Origin: Tubiluchus corallicola
Lineage: Eukaryota; Animalia; Priapulida
Length of the DNA stretch: 64,000 bases
Direction of reading: 5' to 3'
Assembly (NCBI GenBank): GCA_030141605.1
Contig: JAQGDQ010000490.1
Span: 32,591-96,590, forward strand
The notes under the pieces are model-generated. The model was not told the origin of the DNA. It ran no database searches and worked only from the letters and a program-made list of their open reading frames with translations. Shown here in pieces: positions 23,762 through 36,560 of the stretch (position 1 is its first letter; every line of letters begins with the position of its first letter). Both the position numbers and the translations under genes were made by a program.

Positions 23762-24295
23762 AAGGAAAACTGGACAATTGATAAGACTCGATCTCATTTT
23801 AATTTACTGTACAAAATATACCTTTTCTAGCGATTAGCAAAAAAATAGCAATTGTTTCTTATATTTGATTAATTAGGTTAGAAAGTTAATTAACGGCAAC
23901 AGTTAATTAAGAAACTAACAACAGTTTGTGCAATGGTTGGCATCTTCCCTTGCACGTCAAACACGTATGCGTAAGTGTTACAGTACTGCTTAAACGCGTG
24001 ATGTCACGAAAATGGGCACTACGTCTTATGACGTCAGAAATTAACACTGCAAGTTATGATCATGGTTATCATGGTACCGCCTTCTATTTGTCGGCCACGC
24101 GCATGTGACAAAAAGGCGCTGTTGTCAATCTTAGTAGGTTCGCTGAACCGCGAGTAGCTTTGAAAGTTTAACGAAATTTGAGTATCTGAGGTAAATATTA
24201 TTTAATCTAAGCTTTGGTTTAAAATAAGCTATTGTAGTTTTCAATATTTTAGAGCATTCTTTACTCTTAACTCGTGTTTACACAATCATCCTCCT
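23762..24295 (-). mobile_element. Kolobok/T2-like MITE, inverted copy of 13776-14504
   Basis: Reverse-complement similarity throughout; TTAA at both ends. Confidence 0.75.
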
Positions 24296-24511
24296 TTAAA
24301 TATTTGTAGTTTCTTAGAAAATGAATGATTGTGTTACTACTGCTCGAGATTACTAGAACAAGAGAAGACGAAACAGAATAAACCAGGGTAGGATAGGAAA
24401 CAATAAGTGAGACAAAGCTGAGCAGAAGCAATGCATGACAGCACGAGACAGTGCCCAAAGATTGCCACGAGACTGTGTACACAACTTAATGTTGATATAT
24501 TTTTGCGATGC

Positions 24512-24518
24512 CTATCTA

Positions 24519-24576
<58 letters not shown>

Positions 24577-24663
24577 CGCCCGTCCGTCCGTCCGTCCGTC
24601 CGTCCGTCCGTCCGTCCATCCATCCATCCATCCATCCATCCATCTATCTATCTATCTATCTAA

Positions 24664-24694
<31 letters not shown>

Positions 24695-24791
24695 CCTCTC
24701 CGTCCGTCCGTCCGTCCGTCCGTCCGTCCGTCCATCCATCCATCCATCCATCCATCCATCCATCCATCCATCTATCTATCTATCTATCTAA

Positions 24792-24826
<35 letters not shown>

Positions 24827-24925
24827 CCTCTCCGTCCGTCCGTCCGTCCATCCGTCCGTCCGTCCGTCCGTCCGTCCGTCCATCCATCCATCCATCCATC
24901 CATCCATCCATCCATCCATCTATCT
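24512..24925. repeat. Compound tetranucleotide array (CTGT/CCGT/CCAT/CTAT)
   Basis: Block order repeated about 3 times. Confidence 0.93.
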
Positions 24926-27569
24926 ACCTGTCTGCTTACCTATCTTTGTATCTGTCTGACCGACAAACCAACTGATCGAATTCAAATTCTCAGTGTCTAA
25001 AATAAAATTTCCATTGTACAATTTCCCTAGCAAAAGTGTAGAAGGAATAAACTTCACCTAGTTTGTTTTGCCAGTCTATAAAACGCCAAGACATACTAAA
25101 GAATACCAGTTTTCATGCATTACTTCTAACATCTACGAACTTTAATGCCACTGCTGTCACTGCTCAGCGTGTCGAGCAACTTAATGAGTTTTAATGCTGC
25201 TGCAACATTTTCTAATAAATTTATAAACAAATACACGCATAAATAAATAAATAAACAAACAAACAAATGAGTGAACAAAATTCATGTTCATGAAATTAAT
25301 GTAATTATATAAACCACGTTATCATCATGTATTTTGCTATATATTATTGTAATGTTGTTTGGTGCTTTCGTAATAAAATAAAAAAATAAAAATACATTAC
25401 CATTTGAAATGAATCACCACACGCCTGTGTACGTTATTCTCTGTACACCTGTCGTTCTCATTTTTGTACATATTTTGTCATAGTGTACATGTAGTTCTGG
25501 TTTTCGAAGTACATCTTACTGACAAATGTGATGTTTAAATAAAATCGTAAGTAGTAATAAATTTAGTACTAATTATTATGTAGTGACGATATTAATTTCA
25601 TGTGCGATCTTTTGCTAATATTTTGTAAACCAGCAATAAGTATATCTTCGCTTTAATTTTGATTTTGAATGCATAATACTAAATCTACCTACAGTCATTT
25701 TCTCAACTCATTTGCTTACTTGTTAATCACTGCTCTTTGTTAATTATTATTTTTTCCCTAAATTTCTGCAATTACTATTTTCTTCTTGTTTTTTCGATTT
25801 TGTACTTTATTAAATAAATTCATTTCAGGTTTACCGCACCAAATCAAAGCCTCACTGCCGGTTTTGTTAATATAGGCTTGGGCGCATCCACAGGTATATA
25901 ACTGAGTTGTACCAGTGTCCTACTACTGCAGTACAATTATTCTTTTATGACAACGACAGTGCATGAAACGTAATGTTTTATGATAGCATGAAGTAACAAT
26001 TTTGATAGTTTAGCTTGGCATTTACTGAAACCTTTTATGTAAAAATACCAATTACGTGCTCAGCCAAGCGGCAGCAGTTGCACCTATAGATCTTTCATTA
26101 CAAAGACAGATGGAGCCTAGATTTTTATATAAATACTATATATTGTTATATACATTGCTCCAGGGTTCGACCCAGTAGATAGCTTTACGGCCCGCCATTG
26201 GTGGTGTGGGTAAGTGCTGCATAACGGACACAATTTAAAAAAACAAATCAAATAACAAAATCAAAACTTGGAATTCTAAAGGGACGGCTGAGACGAACAA
26301 CACAATAGAAAAAAACTGATGACAATACTTCAAACCTTACGGAATGCACGACACTTGGCAGGCAGACAGGTGAAGTGAATCCCATTTCTGACACCAATGT
26401 TCCGGGGTTCGAACCAGTAGATAGCCTTACCCGCATCACTGATGGCGGACCGTAAGGTTATCTACCGGGTCGAACCCCCAGAACAACATTGTTATAATGG
26501 TATGTAAGTTTAGCATACCAGTATGGCCCACAACCAACATTCAAGATCCAAGACATAGTAATATAATGTATAAATTTTGTAATTTTGGTAGTAGAAATTA
26601 TAATACTGGTCAAACTAGTGCAGATAACAACAATTCTGTTCTAAAAAGCTAGGGTTTGGACAGCACATGAGGGAAATAAAGTATCTAACCTAATGTACAA
26701 ATTAGTACACATTAACGCAAACCTCACTGATCCTGTATTGAATGTCACAATATTGTACTGAATGTGATCATAATAAAACTTCAATAACTTCTACGCAAGC
26801 AAGGTTGCAATATTTAAATACCTTGCTGGCTATAGCAAATCCATGTAATGGCTACTGGATTAACTGCTGTTAATAATAATAATAATAACCTTTTATTTAT
26901 CTTTTAAGACACACAGTTACAATACAATTAATTTAGCAACAAAAATGTGAAGAAAGGGCAGCGAAAGACCAATTGGTCATCTAGTCAGCTGCCCTTTGGT
27001 TAGTGATGAACATTTTTTTAAAGGCGCTATGCTACAGTGTATTAGTGTTAGTACTGCTTATAATAAAAACTAAATTGTTACGAATGACATAAAATTGATA
27101 ATGATATGCTTATAACGTGTTAGTACAATTCATACACAGTAATAATAAGTGCATAATAATAATAATAAAAAAATCAAACTGAAGATAACTGAAATAAGGA
27201 CTGAAACAAGAAATGAAATAAAAATCTGACATCAGAAACATAATAACAATGGCAACTGAAATTTACTTTATAACGCAAGCATAATGTAAAAAAAAATACA
27301 GAGCGATTTTTGATGATCTGATGTAAAATAAATTGGCAGATAGTTAGAGCGCAAAAAATTACCTGTTTGACTGCATGAGGAGATTGACAATTGGAGTCCA
27401 GACTTTGAAAATGATCTACAGAAGTTAGACAATAAACTTCAATATGGTAGACAGATTGATACACCATGTCGTACTCCAGCTGTAAATTTTTGTCAAGGAA
27501 GAAGTCCACTCAAATAGTGAATGTGCCTAATGTTCCTCCGTCATTCATTCCTCAGTCAACTTAGAAAAA

Positions 27570-28081
27570 TACTATAGCAAAATACCGCATAGTATCTCTC
27601 GACTAAGGCAACAAGCACCACACTTGAGAGAATTCAGATGGGTAGATGGGACTGTGAACAGAGAAACCAAAGACTATGCACAATAGGAGAGATTCAAACA
27701 GAAAAACATGTATTAACGAACTGTAACTTGTCTAGTGAAATTAGAAGAAAATATCATAGTGTGAACTTTTCTGCACTCTCTAATATTATAGAGAGCAACC
27801 ATGCATTTGAAATTTGCTCCCAAGTGCTACAGACGTTTCAAAACTAACCGTGGTTTTATTAATGTTTATTGTTTGCTTAAAATATCAAACTAAAATATAT
27901 AACCACTTTTTCAATGGTATAAAGTTGGTACAACTGTTTTATTTTATATGCTAATATGATATGTTTGTGATAAATTCTTGAAAAGAATAATGAATGGACT
28001 GTAAATTTTATTATTTTCTGCTAGCCTAATTTTTGTATTAATCATTGTATTTATTGTCAATGAACTATACTACTACTACTA
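27570..28081 (+). mobile_element. Degenerate non-LTR retrotransposon 3' end (second family)
   Basis: RIQMGRW...QRLCTIGEIQTEKHVLTNC resembles the LINE ORF2 tail (ETGRW...RLC.CG..QTE.HV); followed by a (TAC)n tail near 28067-28081. Confidence 0.65.
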
Positions 28082-28300
28082 GAAGGTTACCGTAGATAAC
28101 TAGCTCCATTTAGGCCTATCACAATCATTGAATATTGAATTGTTGCTTAATTCGTTAGCTTACGACAATAATTATAGCGGAGAACAGCTTTGGCGAAATA
28201 AAGCCAAGTTGAACCAAACTGTTCCCCGCCAATCTGGCTGATTCTTTGACGGAGCGTCTTTTCGTGGGTAACTGTTTGACAATTCTGGCAATTAGCAATT

Positions 28301-31300
28301 ATGGCTGCGTCCGATGAATTAAAAGATTTTAGATCTATTTCCAAAGCTTGTATTCAAGGTAAACTAGACTTTTCCAGGTCGCACTCTGTATCAAAAGATA
28401 TATCTGACGGAACGCTAAAAATTTCTGAATATGTGGAATTTTTAGGACCTTATCTTACCGACAAGGAAAAAGATGTTCGTTGTCGCGGAACAAAACTGTT
28501 GGCTGAAGTTTTACAACGGTTATCTAACTCTGTGCTTAATACTCAAGAAGTGCAGTTGCTTGTACACTTTTTTACTGACAGGCTTCAAGATCATCACTCA
28601 ATAACTCCATCTGCTTTGCAAGGTTTACACGCGCTGTGCAAATTTAAAAATTTGTCGCAGCACGATGCAATGGTTATTCTACAATGCATTTTCAGGGAAG
28701 TACACGTGCAATCACTCATGCAAGCTGATAGGCGCACAATATTTCTAACTATTGCTTCGCTTCTCGATACAAGATTGGCTGATATACAAATGATGGGAGC
28801 CGATTTTGTATTCGGCTACATACAAGTAATGGATGGCGAGAAAGATCCGAGGAACTTGCTCATCGCTTTTAAACTTGTAAAAATCATTTGCGAAAACTTT
28901 CCTATTAGTATTCATGCAGAAGAGCTGTTTGAAGTAACTGGCTGTTATTTTCCTATTGATTATACACCACCAAGCAATGACGAATTTGCAGTGAAGAAAG
29001 AAGACTTGGCAGTCATGTTAAGAGAGGCATTGGCAGCTACGCCATTGTTTGCTGAATTTTGCATTCCACTTCTGCTAGAAAAACTTGGCTCTCAAAACCA
29101 AAGTGCTAAGCTAGCTTCATTGCTGACTTTATCAGCATGCGCGCCTAGCTACGGCGGAGACAAATTGAAGCAGTTCCTGCCGTCGCTGTGGCTGGCCATT
29201 CGAAGGGAAATGTTCTCTTCCGCTAGCGAGGAAGTGGAAAAGATCAGCCACACTGCACTTTGCAGCATCGTCAAAGCTTTGTCTATTGCTGTCTCTACCA
29301 ACAGAAGTCTGCTAGACAATTTTTTGTCTGAAATCATGCAAGATCTGCAGCACCACCTGGTGGAGCCCGAGCTGAAGCTGATTCGACCAAGTGCAAAACT
29401 GTTATGTGACATGGCAATGACATCAGATCCAGCTTGTACTAAAATATTAAGTTTCGTGGTACCTCTACTTATTCAGCAGTTCCACGGCCATAGTCAAATA
29501 AACCAAAGAAGGATTGTATTGGAAATACTCGTGGAGTTTCTGAAGGTCGCTAGTTCTTTTACACAAATGGCAGGTGAGGTATCCTCTCCCGTACAAATGT
29601 TTATAGACAGCCTACCTACACTTTTTGTCAGCCTTCTGTCCGACAGAAGCGACCAGGTGAGGATAATTGCATTATCGGGTCTCCGCATTCTCATCTCCTT
29701 GCCGGATTTTCTGAACGAAAACGAGTGCAGCACGCTTGCTGAACAGTTGGTTAAGCTGGCTAAAAGTGCAGCAAATAGTGACGTCAGAGCTGAAGCAACT
29801 TCTGCAATCGGTGAGATGTCCTTGAGAAAGCCCGTGATAATATCCAAAAAGGTTCTGGAAGGTCTGTTGAATGCACTTCAGCAGTCACCAGATTCTGGTG
29901 ACACAGAGCCGCAGACTAGTCAGGAGGAAATCTTGTCTATACTGGGGGCCATATGCCTCCACCCCGATCTCATCATAACGACTATTCCACATTTGCTTAA
30001 TTTCCTAAAGAACGAATCCACAACTGTCAATACTGCTGTTACATTGCAAACGCTAAGAGTGCTGCTGATGCTAGTTCGTCATGGCATCTCGGCATCAGCG
30101 GTTTTGTTACACTTTCACGAGCAGTTTCTGCCTCAACTCATTAGACTTGTCATGGAAAAGAGATTGATTTTGCCGTCGGCTAGCGATGAGAACATGGTCA
30201 CCATCTGTCATCTCCTAGAAGACATCTCTCGCACGATCACTCAGGTGTTGGATAATGAAGCCGCGTTGAAGCTGGAAGAACTGATAATCCGGTGTGAATT
30301 GGAGAGAGATTTCAGCGGCGTCGACTGCATCGACGTGCCGACCGAAGTTACTAGTGCAGACATGCCGAAGTTGAAGCCAAAAAGCTTTGGGGAATGGCAT
30401 CCAGCTGCGGAACTTCATGCACTGTTCACGGGAATCGTGTCATCATCTCAGAAAGAGGTGTCCTTGCCCAACTCACATAAAGTGATGATGCACGAGCAAC
30501 ATGAGGCGTGTGCAGTGTCCCACGAAAATGTGCTTATTTGCAACATGGCTTCACGTAGCTTCGCCAATCTTATTAATAAAGCGGCCGACGGTCCCGAGCT
30601 GAATGGGATTCTTCAAAGCTTAAAGTCAGAGATGGACAGTTGGCTGCTCATGAAGGAATCTGATGGAACCAACGACGAGATTAAGAAAATGAGAGCATTT
30701 ACATTATGGATGTGGACCACCAAGGCCCTTGTGATGCGTGGACATCCTGAAGCTACCTATTTCAAAAACAAGATCGTAGAAAAATTGTCTGATCCTTTTC
30801 TAAAAGAAAAGGCAGCTGATGCGTTCTCTGTCATACTCAATGATTACGAACGAACACTAAATCCCAGCATGCATTGCAACGTCAAGCTCATGTATAAGCA
30901 ACGATTTTTCCTTGAGACCGTGCCAGATTTGGTGAAGGGATTCAATGACGCCAGCGTGGGTAACCGACAGCCATATTTGCTTGCGTTGTCCAACATGCTA
31001 AAGTTCATTCCGAGGCAAGTACTAAAGAGCGAGCTGCCAAATCTGCTGCCACTGATCGTGCAGTCGCTGATGTCGGACGTGGTGAGCATGCAGCTGGCGA
31101 CGATGTCGACGATGGCCGACATGCTCCGCGACACTCCGCAATTGATCGTCGAGCACATCGACGTGTTGGTGCCGCAGTTGCTAAAGCTGACGCGCTATCA
31201 GCTGGACATGCAGGTGCGGATTCACGCCCTCGAATGTCTGAGTTTGATGACGAAGTGTTCCCACCACGTCGTCTTTCCGTACAAGGCGCAGGTAATCAAG

Positions 31301-31411
31301 CAACTCGTTCCGGCTCTCGACGACAAGAAGAGGCTTGTTAGACGTGCAGCGGTGAACACCCGTCAGCTGTGGTTCCTTCTTGGCAGCTTGGGCGCTCCTT
31401 CTCCTGATTAG
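28301..31411 (+). CDS. MMS19: MMS19 cytosolic Fe-S assembly (CIA) targeting factor, single exon, 1036 aa
   Basis: Conserved motifs FFTDRLQDH, MDGEKDPRNLL, EELFEVTGCYFPIDY, MYKQRFF and LDDKKRLVRRAAVNTRQLWFLLG; intact ORF. Confidence 0.96.
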   Translation: MAASDELKDFRSISKACIQGKLDFSRSHSVSKDISDGTLKISEYVEFLGPYLTDKEKDVRCRGTKLLAEVLQRLSNSVLNTQEVQLLVHFFTDRLQDHHSITPSALQGLHALCKFKNLSQHDAMVILQCIFREVHVQSLMQADRRTIFLTIASLLDTRLADIQMMGADFVFGYIQVMDGEKDPRNLLIAFKLVKIICENFPISIHAEELFEVTGCYFPIDYTPPSNDEFAVKKEDLAVMLREALAATPLFAEFCIPLLLEKLGSQNQSAKLASLLTLSACAPSYGGDKLKQFLPSLWLAIRREMFSSASEEVEKISHTALCSIVKALSIAVSTNRSLLDNFLSEIMQDLQHHLVEPELKLIRPSAKLLCDMAMTSDPACTKILSFVVPLLIQQFHGHSQINQRRIVLEILVEFLKVASSFTQMAGEVSSPVQMFIDSLPTLFVSLLSDRSDQVRIIALSGLRILISLPDFLNENECSTLAEQLVKLAKSAANSDVRAEATSAIGEMSLRKPVIISKKVLEGLLNALQQSPDSGDTEPQTSQEEILSILGAICLHPDLIITTIPHLLNFLKNESTTVNTAVTLQTLRVLLMLVRHGISASAVLLHFHEQFLPQLIRLVMEKRLILPSASDENMVTICHLLEDISRTITQVLDNEAALKLEELIIRCELERDFSGVDCIDVPTEVTSADMPKLKPKSFGEWHPAAELHALFTGIVSSSQKEVSLPNSHKVMMHEQHEACAVSHENVLICNMASRSFANLINKAADGPELNGILQSLKSEMDSWLLMKESDGTNDEIKKMRAFTLWMWTTKALVMRGHPEATYFKNKIVEKLSDPFLKEKAADAFSVILNDYERTLNPSMHCNVKLMYKQRFFLETVPDLVKGFNDASVGNRQPYLLALSNMLKFIPRQVLKSELPNLLPLIVQSLMSDVVSMQLATMSTMADMLRDTPQLIVEHIDVLVPQLLKLTRYQLDMQVRIHALECLSLMTKCSHHVVFPYKAQVIKQLVPALDDKKRLVRRAAVNTRQLWFLLGSLGAPSPD

Positions 31412-31654
31412 CATGTCAAACAGGATATAAAAACCTTTACTGATGCTGAAACTGAATCACAATCATTTCTGTAACAACGCATAAATTCAAGCATATTAGT
31501 AAATCCTCGAGTAACAGAGAACATGTGTTGTAAGGAAGTGGACAAATGATGTAATGACACCTTAAAAACTGAAAGCGAAAAAGCTTTTTAATGTAATTAT
31601 TAGTGGGTGAAACTAAGGCATGTTTGCCGTTTGAAGCCCCATGTAAAACCAGTA

Positions 31655-31660
31655 AATAAA
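31655..31660 (+). terminator. Candidate polyadenylation signal for MMS19
   Basis: AATAAA ~245 nt after the stop, followed by a T-rich tract. Confidence 0.4.
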
Positions 31661-32991
31661 AAAGACCAGCTCTTCTTATTTTGTATACCAGACAGATGAT
31701 TTTACTGAATTTATGCAGGTGTCGCTAAGCCATTTGAACCAAGTGCTGCGTTTACTCAGCATTTGAATGTAAAATTGCCAACTGAGTTTAAGGTTCAGTC
31801 AAGATCAATATTAGTCTAAAAAGCGCAATTTTAGTATATATTTTAATGTGTAATCATAGCTTCAAATTTTAGTAACCTTGTACTGCACTACTAAATTTTT
31901 GTAGCTACGTGATGTAATAGTTTCGTAGAAAATAAGTGATTTAGACAAGAAATTATTAAAAGTAATTAAAGTAGACCGATGCTTATGTACCCCTTAGCTG
32001 ATTATAAATACAGTTTCAATCTATATTTAGGAAAAACTCCGATCAGTAATACTACTGTATGTCTATCCACTCAACGTAAATAAAGTTTATATGTATATAA
32101 ATATAGTTTCTTGTATTACCATTCAGATATAGTTTCAATCTATATATATATTGGAAAAACTCCGATCAGTAATATTACTGTATGTCAGTCTACTTAACAT
32201 AAATAAAGTTTATATGTATATAAATATAGTTTCTCGTATTACCATTCAGTTAAAGTGCATTTGTTTGCTTCATTTTTTGCATATTAGTTTAATGTCAGAA
32301 TCATGTTGTTGTGCATATAGTGGACGTCCTGCTATGTTAATATAGGTGATCAATTTGTATGGTGTAATATAGTTTTGTTATCGCTGTATAGATGGAAATG
32401 ATTAAGTGAGTAGTTTGTGATGAGGGAGGCGGTTGCAGTACAAATTATGCAAGAAGTTAACGAACAAGAAAAGTTTAAGAATTTCAAATTGTTGACTCTA
32501 GTCTAGAAAATGTCCGGTTTTAATAATCTAAACATTGTGAGTGGCTTCTATGATTGTCATTCTTTAATAATATGCACTGTGTACTGATAGCTGTTAACGT
32601 AGTTAGCAGTTTGTAGTTGTTTTAGTTAAGAAATTGTTATTTATGTTGTTTACTATTGCAACAAAGGGTGTTTAACTTATTGAAGAATCGGTATTACAAT
32701 GCAGAAACGGCATCGCAGTAAATGATCTCTTGATTCGTTCGGACGTCATGTAGAGTAGTTGCAAATTAATTTGATTAAGAACGTTGTTGTTGCTAATGGA
32801 GGTGAATGTCAAACATTCCAATTCAATTTGACCGAGTTGTTTTTTTTAGTCGAATTAGTTTCAAAGCTTGAATAATTGATTCGAATTACTCAGCACTTCA
32901 ACTGCACGTCTCGTGCAGTCAAGAGTTTAGCTGCGATTTCTGTGAACAATTTTTAAACGAATTAGTAGTGTTTTGACTGCAGAACAAAATA

Positions 32992-33323
32992 CAGTCGACA
33001 CTCGTTAAACCGGACCCCGTTAGCCCGGATATCGGATAAGACGGACGTCATCCGTGGTAAAGGAAACTGACCGATTTCCATCCGAGCCGGAGCTCTAAAC
33101 ACAACACGGCCTACCAACTGTACAATAATTTCTTTATCCTCACAGGTTAACTATTTTAAAGTAATATACAGTACAGTATATAGTGCAATGTATATAGGCC
33201 TTATTAAGGTGATTATTCCTGTATAATATTAGACCATATATAGGCATATCGGATAAATCGGACAATCGGCTAAACCGAGCCCCCCCCCCCCCCCAATTAG
33301 TCCGGTTTAATGAGGGTTGACTG
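32992..33323. mobile_element. pogo/Tigger-like MITE
   Basis: TA|CAGTCGACACTCGTTAAACCGGAC ... GTCCGGTTTAATGAGGGTTGACTG|TA. Confidence 0.8.
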
Positions 33324-35044
33324 TAAAGTACAACATGCACAAGCTTTTTATTACTGATTTAAAAATCTTCAAAACTGAATTTGAGTTCGGAAGCCACAAA
33401 TTTTATTCGAATTCACGTTCCGGTAGTGACCGTTTCACCCCCAGTTGGTGGTAACGATGTCTGTATTGATTTTTAGTTTGTTACTTTAAGAGAAATCGTT
33501 ATTTGTACTTTCTATGTAATGTGCTATTGACTGTCCGGTATAAAAACAGTTTACTTTAGATATTATTTTGATAACAGCACTGCCATATGTTGTAGTATCT
33601 ATCTACTTATGACCTTGTTTGCCCTTCACTTGCTGTCATATTTGCCAAAGTGCATAAATTATTTCGTGCTCTTGTATACCCACACAGAAATATGATTACA
33701 TCATTCAGTAGCATTACTGTAAATTTGTTATATGTGTACTTGCAAAACAGACCCGTCCACAAGTCGGCATAGTTGCAACTATGTTATGTTTCACAGTAGA
33801 AAGCACCAAAAGTTTGACCAAATGTCGATTTTTTATTTTTAATGAAAACAAATGCTAAATATATTGGATTTTTATATTCTAGCATCAAATTACAGGAAAA
33901 TGTCCATAACTCCTTAATCACTTTTCTGTCTAGAAACTAGTACTGCATTGTAAAAAAACTTGTATTTTCTAACTCCGATTGTAGTTCTTGTAAGCAGCCA
34001 TTTTGCTTCGGGTGTTTTCTGTTGACAAGCCCAGATCTTCGTCTGGAAGAGCCATCTACTAGATTTAAACGTAACTACAATTTGTCTTGTAAAATTCATA
34101 GCAACCACACTTTCATACGGTTTCTAAGCTAGCGCATTTTTTTGTTTTCACTGTATTGAGTGAGTGAGTGTGTGAGAGAGAGAGAGTGGGGGGGACAGGT
34201 GGGAGAGAGAGACATAGACAGAGGAAGGAGAGAGAGAGGGGAGGGGGAAGGAGGGAGATCGAGAGGGGGAAGAGAAAGTGTACCCGAATATTCAGTTACA
34301 CCAGCTAGCACATTTTTTGTTTTTACTGTATAAAATGGCCACATCATATAAGTTTGATGTATGTCTATGTATGTATGCAAAAAGTTTGGTAACATTTAGT
34401 TTATGATATTTATTTAGTTTTGATGTTACCTGAGTTATTTATTGGGTTGTGAACTGTAGGAAATGACCAAAAACTTGTAAACAAAGCATGTTTCGAATTT
34501 GTTTGCAAAACGAATCTCACGTCTTTATTGTAAAAAGTTATGATCTTTGTAGATACAGTGGAATGTTCTGATGTTTATTACAGCTAGATTAAGATATAAT
34601 AAATTAATACTGTTGTTAGAGCCACTTATGACAGAGTTTGACGTTTTTCTTAACCTGATATGCATGTTTCGTACTACATATACAAAATTATCACTATTCA
34701 CAACAAGTACTTACGGACAGCATTATATCATTTGTAACTATTTCAACTAAATGTAGTAATGGCTCAATTTACTGCATAAACGTATTAAAAACATTAAAAG
34801 CATAAGAGTTGAGCAGCGTTCACACTTCTCACAAAAATAGATTTTTGAAAATGCCCATAAGTTGCCAGAAAATGGTTCACATATCTCTAAAATTTAAAAA
34901 ATGCTTTCATCATACATCTGCCAACGATGAGATGCTAACTTTAACAAGGAGCAAATTTTAAAATCAATTTTGGACGTAAAAAAGTTTTCTAAATTGAATT
35001 TACCGCACTCTAAATTTTCCGATATTGGAACAACTGGAAAGTTA

Positions 35045-35386
35045 TCAAACAGTACATGTAAGTACCGTAATTACAATTACAATCAAACACTACATGTAAG
35101 TACCGTAATTACAATTACAATCAAACAGTACATGTAAGTACCGTAATTACAATTACAATCAAACAGTACATGTAAGTACCGTAATTACAATTACAATCAA
35201 ACACTACATGTAAGTACCACAATTACAATTACAATCAAACAGTACATGTAAGTACCGTAATTACAATTACAATCAAACAGTACATGTAAGTACCGTAATT
35301 ACAATTACAATCAAACAGTACATGTAAGTACCGTAATTACAATTACAATCAAACAGTACATGTAAGTACCGTAATTACAATTACAA
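35045..35386. repeat. Minisatellite, 38 bp x9
   Basis: TCAAACAGTACATGTAAGTACCGTAATTACAATTACAA. Confidence 0.95.
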
Positions 35387-35613
35387 GCTACAATGTTTCA
35401 CTTTAAAAAGTTACAATAACAGTCTACAGTGCGCGACTAAAATCGTCTAAAAATAATTCTCAGAAAATACTTCCAACATCTTTGATCCCAGAACAAGAAG
35501 AACAGCCAAACAGAGTTCAGAACTGTCTCTCTCTCTCTTTCTCTCCTCCCCCTCTCTCTCTCCTCCCTCTCCATCCCTCCCTCCCTCCCTCCCTCCCCCC
35601 TCCCTCCCTCCCT

Positions 35614-35680
<67 letters not shown>

Positions 35681-36084
35681 GTGTCTCTTTCAGTAAAACA
35701 TCAAAACTGAGTTCAGTTCTCACTGAGTCTGACCGATTTTCGTCTCCAGTTTTGAAGCATTGTGAACACTGCTTTACACGCACATTGGCAACTAGAACAC
35801 TAACAAACCGTAAAACAATTAATGTCCTATTGTACACTGAGATCATCTGTGATGTCTCGCAGGTAACAATGCTCATTCTTTCCGTATCAATTCACTTAGC
35901 AACTTTCACATTAAACCTCTAATTTAAAGACCAGAATTACACCGCACCTACACCCGCATCGATTAAAAATACATTATCAGCTGATAACTACAGGCTTCTC
36001 ACGTGGCAAACATTTAACAAAGAGCATTTTGGAAAGAGACTTTGACATGTGCGCTTGCAAACCAAAACAAAAACTTGTTAAGGC

Positions 36085-36560
36085 CCTAGGCTGTAGCCCA
36101 TACTACCCTAGAGGATAATCTAGCCTTGCTTGCAAAGCTTGTTTGCTCCTAGACTGCAACCTATACTAGACTATAGGATTATCTAGCCCTGCTTGGAAAG
36201 CTTGTTTGCTCCTAGATTGCAACCTATAGTACCCTAGAGGATAATGTAGCCCTGCTTGCAAAGCTTGTTTGCTAATAGGCTGTAGCCCATACTACCCTAG
36301 AGGATAATCTAGCCCTGCTTGCAAAGCTTATTTGCTCCTAGATTGCAGCCTATACTACCCTAGAGGATAATCTAGCCCTGCTTGCAAAGCTTGTTTGCTC
36401 CTAGATTGCAACCTATACTACCCTAGAGGATAATCTAGCCCTGCTTGCAAAGCTTGTTTGCTCCTAGATTGCAGCCTATACTACCCTAGAGGATAATCTA
36501 GCCCTGCTTGCAAAGCTTGAGGGCCACTAGGCTGCAACCTATACTAGCCTATAGGATAAC
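36085..36560. repeat. Minisatellite, 63 bp x~7
   Basis: GAGGATAATC recurs at 63-bp spacing (36300, 36363, 36426, 36489). Confidence 0.93.

Noticed and set aside
26400-26480. tRNA gene suggested by GGTTCGAACC
   Set aside because: No cloverleaf or A-box; the motif belongs to a long palindrome.
26822-28128. Possible spliced minus-strand ORF divergent from MMS19 (28091-28128, 27363-27415, 26822-26866; MIVIGLNGASYLRSFSKSGLQLSISSCSQTAVNPVAITWICYSQQ)
   Set aside because: Phases fit but acceptors are weak, no family is recognisable and I found no in-phase next exon; needs RNA-seq.
29149-31414. Antisense ORFs over MMS19 (and likewise over gag-pol)
   Set aside because: Shadows of the sense coding frame.
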